Shown here piece by piece: positions 57,281-64,000 of a stretch of DNA of 64,000 bases. The translations under genes were made by a program, and so were the position numbers. Every line of letters begins with the position of its first letter. Position 1 is the stretch's first letter. Where the stretch lies: contig CAVQPK010000007.1 of assembly GCA_963714745.1 (NCBI GenBank), positions 135,959 through 199,958 of the forward strand. The letters run 5' to 3'. Source of the stretch: an uncultured Acidobacteriota bacterium. GTDB taxonomy: Bacteria > Acidobacteriota > Thermoanaerobaculia > Thermoanaerobaculales > Sulfomarinibacteraceae. Below the pieces are notes generated by a model, which saw only the letters and a program-made list of their open reading frames with translations, ran no database searches and had not been told where the DNA came from.

Positions 57281-58351
57281 GGTGCCGTGTGCAACAATCC
57301 GACAACACGCTCAGGATCCCACCGTCAGCTGGGTCCGCCCGCCGAGATCGCCGCGTCGACCCGATCGAGCTCGGCTCGCAGCCCGAGGTCGTCGCTTCTC
57401 GCCTCGGCAACGCGGCGCGCCGCATAGCCGAGACTGCCCTCGTGCTTGCCGAGCAGAAGGGCGAGCGCACGCAGCCGTTGACCGTGGCGCTCGACGGCGA
57501 GCAGCGCGACCACACCCCGGGCACGGGCGGTTTCGGGATCGCGGTGGCGGCCGGCCAGTTGCTCGACGTCGAGACCGAGCGCGGCGGCCGCCCGAGCGAG
57601 AAACTCGGCGGGCTCGAGGCGCGGCCGTTCCGGTGCGGTCGTTCTCCCCAGGGCGTCGACGAACGGCCCGCCGCCGGCCGGCTCGAGCTGGGGGTCCGTC
57701 TCGGCGGCGCCCCGCCACCAGGGCAACCTCCCGGGGATGAGGTCGACCCACGCGGCGTCGCGCACCTCGCCGAGTGTCCGGCGGTACGCACGAACGGCCG
57801 ACGAGCGCCGTCCGCCCCACAGCAGCAGCGCCTGGTCGCGGTCGGCGAGCCCTTCGCCGGCTCGCCCGAGCAGCTCGCGGTGACCGCTGAGGCTCCAATC
57901 TGCGGGGTCCGCGACGATGCCGGCGGCCACCGGGTTGAGGTGGATGGAGGCGACCAGTCGCCTGAGGTGGTTGTCACCCTGCACGAGCTTGCTGCGGTAG
58001 CGGCCCTGCCAGAGGGGGCCCGTGAGCTGGCGGCGGTGGTTGAAGGCCTTCGCGGAGCGACCTTGGAGCGAGGCCATGGTGCGCCACAGCAGGACGTCCC
58101 CGGCACGGAGCGCGAGGTGGTAGTGGTTCGACATCAGACACCAGGCGAAGAGGGTGAAGCCGTCGCGCGCCTTCAACTCGCGGAGCAGGTCGACGAAGGC
58201 GCTGGCCTCGGTGGGGTCTGAGAAGACCGGTTCGCCGCGCGCGACGCGTGCGTAGACGTGGAAGACGGCTCCTGGAGCGAAGACCCGTGGCGGTCGAGGC
58301 ATCGGCGGCTCCTTACGGGCCGAGTGTTATTGGATTATTGCACACGGCACC
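57281..58351. mobile_element. RAYT-like transposase gene bracketed by inverted REP-like sequences
   Basis: GGTGCCGTGTGCAACAATCCGACAACACGC (57281-57310) and GTGTTATTGGATTATTGCACACGGCACC (58324-58351) are inverted copies of the same 28-mer. They enclose the single Y1/HUH gene 57325..58302(-). Confidence 0.6.
57325..58302 (-). CDS. IS200-like Y1/HUH transposase family protein (REP-associated, RAYT-like) with C-terminal DnaA-C-like HTH
   Basis: ORF 57325..58302(-), AAGGAG upstream. ...FHVYARVARGEPVF...LFAWCLMSNHYHLAL (HUH = HYH)...GPLWQGRYRSKLV...LVASIHLNPVAAGIV...WSLSGH.... C-terminus ...ARGVVALLAVERHGQRLRALALLLGKHEGSLGYAARRV. Confidence 0.75.
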   Translation of the reverse strand: MPRPPRVFAPGAVFHVYARVARGEPVFSDPTEASAFVDLLRELKARDGFTLFAWCLMSNHYHLALRAGDVLLWRTMASLQGRSAKAFNHRRQLTGPLWQGRYRSKLVQGDNHLRRLVASIHLNPVAAGIVADPADWSLSGHRELLGRAGEGLADRDQALLLWGGRRSSAVRAYRRTLGEVRDAAWVDLIPGRLPWWRGAAETDPQLEPAGGGPFVDALGRTTAPERPRLEPAEFLARAAAALGLDVEQLAGRHRDPETARARGVVALLAVERHGQRLRALALLLGKHEGSLGYAARRVAEARSDDLGLRAELDRVDAAISAGGPS

Positions 58352-61097
58352 GGGCGAGGAGGGAGCGGGCGGCGAAGGTGTCCGGGTGGTCTGCGCCGAG
58401 CAGGGTGGTGCGCCGGTCGACGACCCTCGCGGCGAGCGCCTCGGCCTCCTCGAGGCGACCCAGCCCGGCCAGCGCCCGGGCGCGCTCGAGCTCGGCATGC
58501 AGCACCACCGGATGTTCGGGCCCCAGCCCCTCGCTCCCGATCCGGACGGCCTCCTCGCTGAGCTCGAGCGCCTCCTCGGAGCGGCCCTGGAGGGTCCGTA
58601 TTCGGGCCATCAGGGTCAGGCTGCCGAGGGTGTCCGGGTGGGCCTCGCCGCGGACCCGCTGCTGGGGCTCGAGGATCTCCGTCAGCAGCGCCTCGGCGGC
58701 CTCGAGCTCGCCCTGCTCGACCCGCAGCTCCGCCAGGCCGGCCATGGTCCTCAGGGTGTTCCCGTCCTCGGGACCGAAGCTCTCGCGCTGCAGCTTCAGC
58801 GTGGAGAGGTAGAGGGCTTCGCCCTCCTCGAGGCGCCCCTGATCGCGGAGCACGTCGGCCAACAGGTTCCTCGAGAAGAGCCAGCTCGACCTGTCACCCG
58901 GGAGATTCTCTCGAATCGTGATCGCCCGCCGGAGCTGCTCCTCGGCCTCGGGGTAGCGAGCCTGCTCCGCGAGGGTCACGCCCAGGTTGTGCACCGACAT
59001 TGCGGTTTCCCCATGGTTCTCGCCCAGCACCCGGGTCTTGGCGCCGACGACCTCCCGGAGCAGGGACTCGGCCTGAGCGTAGCGGCCGAGCTCGAGGTAG
59101 GCGGAGGCGAGGTTGCTGCCGAGGGTGAGGGTGTGGGGGTGGTCCTCGCCCAGGAGTCGTGTGGCGACCGCCAGGGCCTGCTCGAAGAGCGCCGCCGCCT
59201 CGGCGTACCGCCCCGCGTTGAACAGCGTCGCCGCGAGCCCATTGAGCGACTTGAGCGTGTCCGGGTGGTCCTCGCCCAGTACCCGGCGGCGGATCTCGAG
59301 GGTGTGGCGGTCGATCGCCTCGACCTCGTCGTATCGGCCCTCGGCCCACAGCAGGTCGGCAAGCAGGTTCAGGGCCTTGAGTGTGGACGGGTGGTCCTCG
59401 CCGAGGGTCTCGGCCCGGAGCTCGAGCACTCTGCGCAGGATCGGCTCGGCTTCGTCGAAGAGCCCGAGTCGGGTGTAGAGCACGGCGAGGTCGGCGGCGG
59501 CGTCCAGAGCCTCGGGATTCCGAGCCTCGAGGCCTCCGCGGAGCTCGACGGCACGCTCGAGGTGCTCTTGCGCCTCGGGGTAGCGGCCGAGTGAGACATA
59601 GGTGTTGCCGATCGTCAGCCGAACGGCCGCTTCGACCTCGGGTTGCGCGGCCAGCTCGCCGCTGTCGGCGATCCTCCCCGCAGCCTGCTCGAGCACGTCG
59701 GCGACGGTGACCTCGCGCCCCTGGGCCTTCATCGGGTCGACCGACGACAGCAGCTCGCCGAGGAAGCCGGAGACCGCCACCGCCTTGGCCGTCTCGCGCT
59801 GCGCCGTGGCCCGTGCACGCTCCGCCTCGCTGCGCAGCGCCCGCTCGCGGAGGAAGCCTCCGATGATGACCGCGGCCACGAGACCGGCGGCCAGCAGGAC
59901 GCGGCGATGGCGGCGGGCGAACTTGCCCGCCCGGTAGCCGAAGGTACTCTTCCTGGCCAGGACCGGCAGCCCCTCCAGGTAGCGCTCGATGTCCTGGCCG
60001 AGCTGCTCGGCCGAGGCGTAGCGCGCCTCGGGCTCGGGTCGCAGGGCCTTGAGGCAGATGGTGTCGAGGTCGCCGGCGATCCGGCGCCAGTCCCCCCGCG
60101 CGGGCGCCGGTGCGCCGGGCTCGGCGGTCTCCGTGGGCGGTATCCCGCCCCGCCGCTGCCGGGAGCGGAGTCGCGAGCTCGGGGTCGCGGGCAGGTCCCG
60201 CGTCGGCGAGCCCGGATCGGGCGTGGGTCGCTCGTGAGGCCGGCTGCCGGTGAGCAGCTCGTAGAGCACCACGCCGAGGGCGTAGACGTCGGTGGCGGTG
60301 GTCACCGGCTCGCCCGCGAGCTGCTCGGGAGCGGCGTACTCGGGCGTCATGAGCTGCTCCCCGGTGCGGGTCAGCCCGGCGCCTTCCGGGACCTCGTCGA
60401 GCAGCTTGGCGATGCCAAAGTCGAGCAGCTTCACCTGCCCGTCGCGGTCGACGAGGATGTTGCCGGGTTTGAGGTCGCGGTGCACGATCAGGTTGCGGTG
60501 CAGGTAACTCACGGCCCCGATGACTGCCAGGAAGAGCCGGAGCACGTCGTCGACGGCAAGGCCCTGGGCCGCGCAGTGGCGGGTGATCGGCTGGCCCTCG
60601 ACGTGCTCCATGACGAAATAGGGCCGGCCCTCGTCGGTGACGCCGCCGTCCAGCAGCCGGGCGATGTGGGGGTGGCCGAGGCGGGCCAGGATCTGCCGCT
60701 CGGCGAGGAAGCGCGCCCTCAGCTGCGGCGTCTCCATGTCGAGGTGGAGCAGCTTGAGGGCGACCTGCTGGTCGAAGGCCCCGTCGACGCGCTCGGCCCG
60801 GTAGACCGCGCCCATGCCGCCGTGGCCGACGGCCTCCAGGGTGCGGTAGGGTCCGATCTGCATCCTCGGGCGGGCTGCGCTGTCGAGCTCGAGCGGCGCC
60901 GCGGCGGCGATCTCGCCGGTCAGCCCGTCGAAGAACCTCGAGGCCTCCTCGTGCACTCCGAGCAGCTCCTCCAGCTCGCGGCGCAGCCCGAGGTCGTCCC
61001 CGCAGGCCTCGTCGAGGAAGGCGCTGCGGGCCTCGGCCGGTCGCTCGAGCACCTCGGCGAGCAGCTCCTCGAGCCGGTCGAGGCGTTGGTCGCTCAT
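58335..61097 (-). CDS. Ser/Thr protein kinase with TM helix and long TPR (TPR_12-like) array
   Basis: ORF 58335..61148(-), start taken at MSDQRLDRLEELL (ATG 61097). GHGGMGAVYRA, VALK, HRDLKPGN, DFGIAK. TM VLLAAGLVAAVIIGGFL. About 10 TPR units (...LNLLADLLWAEGRYDEVEAIDRH...). Confidence 0.9.
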   Translation of the reverse strand: MSDQRLDRLEELLAEVLERPAEARSAFLDEACGDDLGLRRELEELLGVHEEASRFFDGLTGEIAAAAPLELDSAARPRMQIGPYRTLEAVGHGGMGAVYRAERVDGAFDQQVALKLLHLDMETPQLRARFLAERQILARLGHPHIARLLDGGVTDEGRPYFVMEHVEGQPITRHCAAQGLAVDDVLRLFLAVIGAVSYLHRNLIVHRDLKPGNILVDRDGQVKLLDFGIAKLLDEVPEGAGLTRTGEQLMTPEYAAPEQLAGEPVTTATDVYALGVVLYELLTGSRPHERPTPDPGSPTRDLPATPSSRLRSRQRRGGIPPTETAEPGAPAPARGDWRRIAGDLDTICLKALRPEPEARYASAEQLGQDIERYLEGLPVLARKSTFGYRAGKFARRHRRVLLAAGLVAAVIIGGFLRERALRSEAERARATAQRETAKAVAVSGFLGELLSSVDPMKAQGREVTVADVLEQAAGRIADSGELAAQPEVEAAVRLTIGNTYVSLGRYPEAQEHLERAVELRGGLEARNPEALDAAADLAVLYTRLGLFDEAEPILRRVLELRAETLGEDHPSTLKALNLLADLLWAEGRYDEVEAIDRHTLEIRRRVLGEDHPDTLKSLNGLAATLFNAGRYAEAAALFEQALAVATRLLGEDHPHTLTLGSNLASAYLELGRYAQAESLLREVVGAKTRVLGENHGETAMSVHNLGVTLAEQARYPEAEEQLRRAITIRENLPGDRSSWLFSRNLLADVLRDQGRLEEGEALYLSTLKLQRESFGPEDGNTLRTMAGLAELRVEQGELEAAEALLTEILEPQQRVRGEAHPDTLGSLTLMARIRTLQGRSEEALELSEEAVRIGSEGLGPEHPVVLHAELERARALAGLGRLEEAEALAARVVDRRTTLLGADHPDTFAARSLLARCRVQ

Positions 61098-61111
61098 CAC
61101 GCTCCCCGCGA

Positions 61112-61694
61112 TCAGGTCGGGGCGGTCTGAAGCTCCCGGTACAGCCACGATCGGGCCAGGCTCCAGCCGCGCTTGATTGTTGCAGGTGAAACCTCGAGCG
61201 CCTCGGCGGTCTCATCGACCGAGAGGCCCCCGAAGCACCGGCACTCGACGATGCGGGCGAGGCGGGGCTGCCGCTCGGTCGAGGCGCTCGAGCGCCTCGT
61301 CGAGGGCCAGGAGCTCCTCGGAGCGCTCGGCGGAGACCAGCATCGACTCCTCGAGCGCGGCCGGGACCCGGCCTCCGCCGCGCTTCTGACGCCCCAGCCA
61401 ACGGGCGTTGTCGATCAGGATGCTGCGCATCGCTTTGGAGGCGAGAGCATAGAAGTGCCGGCGGTTGGCGAAGTCGACGTTGACCTGCCCCTGCAGCTTG
61501 AGGTAGGCCTCGTGCACCAGGCTGGTCGTGCCCGGGGCGCGCTGGTCGCTCCACCGGTAGCGGTTGGCCCGCGCCAGCTCCTTGAGCTCGCCGTAGATCA
61601 GCGGCATGAGCTGCTCGAGCACGGCGCTTCGGTTGACATCCGGCTGGTCGCCGAGCTGCGCCAGAAGGCGCGTGATCTCGCCGCTGCCGTTCAT
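61112..61694 (-). pseudogene. ECF sigma factor of the kinase-associated type (TIGR02999-like), one frame break as assembled
   Basis: ATG 61694. MNGSGEITRLLAQLGDQPD...LMPLIYGELKELARANR...TSLVHEAYLKL.... Region 4 is only read after removing one base near 61277 (ALERLD | [54 protein letters not shown]). The stop at 61112 is 14 nt before the kinase ATG. Confidence 0.8.
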
Positions 61695-62020
61695 CGCGCG
61701 GGCCGGACCTGGTGGGCCCGAAGGTCGGGATTCGCGGTCAGCCGTGACCGGACATCCAGAACGGCGATGTTCCTGAGATGGGGGCCTTTCATGGTGACCA
61801 TCCCGATCGTATTGAGATCGTAGCACGCGGCGTGGGACAGGCGGGGAGGGCGCCGGGCCTTTCCGCAGCAGCGTCCGCGGCTGCGTGCGACCGCGAGGCC
61901 TCGCGCCCGGTGATCCCTGGAAGGCCAGGACGTCGTCTGGATGGGAAAGGGCCAACCTCCGAGGGCGTGATGGGTTGCGGTTCTCGGAACGCCGGCCGCA
62001 GAGCTGAGGAGGAGGTCGCC

Positions 62021-64000
62021 ATGCAACACACACACAGTTCGCTATCGCGCGGGCTCGTCGTAACGATCGCAGTCGCGGCGGCCGTTCTCTTGACCGGATG
62101 TAAGGGCGAGGAGCTTCGAAGATGGCTCGACCTCTGGTCCCCAGCCAATGTGAACTGTGTCCGGCCGGGTTCGGCGACCCTCGCCGCGTCCGCGGGAGAG
62201 GTGCTCTACCTCGCGGCCTCGGCCCACGTGACCGGCGCCCTCGGCACCGACTGGCGGTCGGACGTGGAGCTGCACAATCTCTCGGAGGAGAACGCGCTGG
62301 TGACCCTCTGGCTGCTGGTGCACGGCGCCGACAACAGCTCCCCCGCGTCCGCTCAGATCACCGTCCCGGCGGGCTCGAGCGTGCGCCTGGCCGACGTGCT
62401 GGCCGGCCAGTTCAGCCTCGACGGCCAGGCGGCGCTGATGCTGTCGGTGGGCTCGGGGAGGATCCTGGCCACCAGCCGGACCTACAACCTGCTCGCCGCC
62501 GGCAACCCGCTGGGCCTGCCCGGAGGCTCGACCTTCGGCCAGTTCATTCCGGCGCTGGAGCGGAGCGGGGCGATCGCCTTCGGCGAGGAAGGCCGGCTGA
62601 TCCAGCTCTCCCACTCGACCGCCACCTCGGGCGGCTTCCGCACCAACCTGGGGCTGGTCAACATCACCTCGTCGTCGCTCGACGTGGAGGTGGAGCTCTA
62701 CACCGCCAGCGGCACGCCGCTCGGGACCGTTTCCGTGACCCTGCCGCCCTTCGGCTACCAGCAGCTCAACCGGGTCTTCGCGAGCGTCACCGCGGGCGAC
62801 GTCGACGACGGCTACGCGGTGGTGCGGACCACGACGGCGGGCGGCAGCTTCTTCGCCTACGCCTCGGTGGTCGACAACCTGACCGGCGACCCGATCGCGA
62901 TCACGGCCGAGAAGGTGCCGGTGGAGGAGCCGGCGGGCAGGGGCGAGCCGGTCTACCTGGTCGCGGCGGCCCACCTGAGCGGGGTCGGGGGCACCAACTG
63001 GCGCACCGACGCCGAGATCCACTGCTGGGGGGACGTGACGGCGTCGTTCAGGATCGAGCTGCTCGAGCACGGGGTCGACAACAGCACGCCTGGCTACTCC
63101 GCGAGCTACACCCTGGAGGCCGGCCGCAGCCTGCGGCTCGAGGACCTGCTGGACAGCGAGTTCGGCTTCTCCGGGGCGGCGGCGGTGCGGGTCACGACCT
63201 ACGCGGGCCACGTGCTGGTCACCAGCCGGACCTACAACCTGCTCGGCGAGGGCAACGACGCCGGGCTGCCGGCGGGTGCGACCTTCGGGCAGTACATCCC
63301 GGGCGTGACCATGGCCGACGCGATCCGGGAGGGCGAGGAGGGGCGGCTGATCCAGCTCTCCCACACCCCCGGCGGTGCGAGCGGCTTCCGCACCAACCTG
63401 GTGCTGGTCAACGCGAGCCCGAAGCAGATCGCGGTCGAGGTCGACCTGTACTCAAGCGACGGCGCCCTGCTGGGGACCGTGAACCGGACCCTGCTGGCCC
63501 ACGAGTACCGCCAGCTCAACGGGGTCTTCGAGCAGGTGACGGGATCGACCGTCGCCGACGGCTATGCGGTGGTGCGCACGACGACCTCGGAGGGCGCGGT
63601 CTTCGCCCTGGCCTCGGTGGTCGACAACCTGACCGGCGACCCGGTCGGGCTCGGTGCGGCGGTGGTGCTCTCGGCCGGAGCCGAGGGGTTGATGGGCGAA
63701 GTCGGGGCCATCCTCGAGGTGATGGGGGGCACCACCCTCGAGAGTGCGGTCGACGGCATGCAAACGGTGGGGCTCGAAGGCATGCTCGACGGAGTGGTGA
63801 GCGCGCAGCCGGAGGTCGCCCGGCGGACGCCCGAGGGCTACGTGCTCGACTACGGCGAGGGCACCGTGCGGCCGGACGGGTCGGTGTGGTCGGGGGCGAC
63901 CGCCGTCGACGCCTCGGGCCTGTCGGTCACGAGCGACGGGATCTCGGGCACGATGACCATCACCAACGACGGGTTCGCGATTGACGGCGAGCCGTCCCCG
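62021..64000 (+). CDS. lipoprotein with two tandem copies of an unassigned ~230-aa domain (partial, continues beyond window end)
   Basis: Not in the ORF track (no stop in the window). ATG 62021 with GAGGAGGAGG upstream. Lipobox LLTGC. The frame is open for 660 codons. Repeats at aa 61-297 and 310-545 share ...GT(D/N)WR(S/T)D...TSRTYNLL...TFGQ(F/Y)IP...EGRLIQLSH...GFRTNL(G/V)LVN...DGYAVVRTTT...ASVVDNLTGDP.... Confidence 0.75.
   Translation, partial: MQHTHSSLSRGLVVTIAVAAAVLLTGCKGEELRRWLDLWSPANVNCVRPGSATLAASAGEVLYLAASAHVTGALGTDWRSDVELHNLSEENALVTLWLLVHGADNSSPASAQITVPAGSSVRLADVLAGQFSLDGQAALMLSVGSGRILATSRTYNLLAAGNPLGLPGGSTFGQFIPALERSGAIAFGEEGRLIQLSHSTATSGGFRTNLGLVNITSSSLDVEVELYTASGTPLGTVSVTLPPFGYQQLNRVFASVTAGDVDDGYAVVRTTTAGGSFFAYASVVDNLTGDPIAITAEKVPVEEPAGRGEPVYLVAAAHLSGVGGTNWRTDAEIHCWGDVTASFRIELLEHGVDNSTPGYSASYTLEAGRSLRLEDLLDSEFGFSGAAAVRVTTYAGHVLVTSRTYNLLGEGNDAGLPAGATFGQYIPGVTMADAIREGEEGRLIQLSHTPGGASGFRTNLVLVNASPKQIAVEVDLYSSDGALLGTVNRTLLAHEYRQLNGVFEQVTGSTVADGYAVVRTTTSEGAVFALASVVDNLTGDPVGLGAAVVLSAGAEGLMGEVGAILEVMGGTTLESAVDGMQTVGLEGMLDGVVSAQPEVARRTPEGYVLDYGEGTVRPDGSVWSGATAVDASGLSVTSDGISGTMTITNDGFAIDGEPSP

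Noticed and set aside
61173-61190. GATTGTTGCAGGTGAAACC as a possible sixth REP copy.
   Set aside because: Only the first 10 nt match the REP consensus. It lies inside the restored 3' end of the ECF sigma coding sequence (encoding ...SPATIKRG...), so the similarity is probably chance.

Overview
64-kb bacterial chromosomal segment of roughly 70 % G+C. Gene content and repeat families suggest a high-GC soil or sediment lineage such as Acidobacteriota, but that is inference only. I can support about 50 protein genes, one tRNA-Thr(CGU), a few terminators and operators, and four families of short repeats. Main blocks: (1) envelope and housekeeping genes, including an ECF sigma/anti-sigma pair followed by a triple-repeat secreted protein (2.7-5.3 kb). 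(2) A MacAB-like ABC efflux operon (10.2-14.6 kb). (3) A nine-gene, translationally coupled arginine operon argG-X-argC-argD-argF'-argB-argE-argH-argR (15.6-24.9 kb), preceded by an AT-rich ARG-box-like palindrome. Its first five genes carry about 20 frame changes within 4 kb, while the last four are intact. (4) A methionine operon (membrane protein, homocysteine-methyltransferase/MTHFR fusion, metH; 28.9-35.1 kb) with two single-base frame breaks. (5) copZ-copA. (6) TetR plus SDR, a REC-PAS-GGDEF-EAL protein, and pirin. (7) A signalling cassette of ECF sigma, Ser/Thr kinase-TPR, PPP-type phosphatase and Ser/Thr kinase-TPR (53.4-61.7 kb). It is interrupted by a Y1/HUH (RAYT-like) transposase gene flanked by inverted 28-nt REP-like sequences. 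Further copies of that sequence form a 128-bp MITE/REPIN-like doublet at 37.4 kb and a solo copy at 41.7 kb. (8) A divergent lipoprotein gene carrying a 750-bp tandem duplication of an unassigned ~230-aa domain that recurs at 45.5 kb. I saw no CRISPR array, rRNA, prophage or recognisable defence system. All calls come from reading the translations and the nucleotide sequence by eye; no database search or folding program was available.
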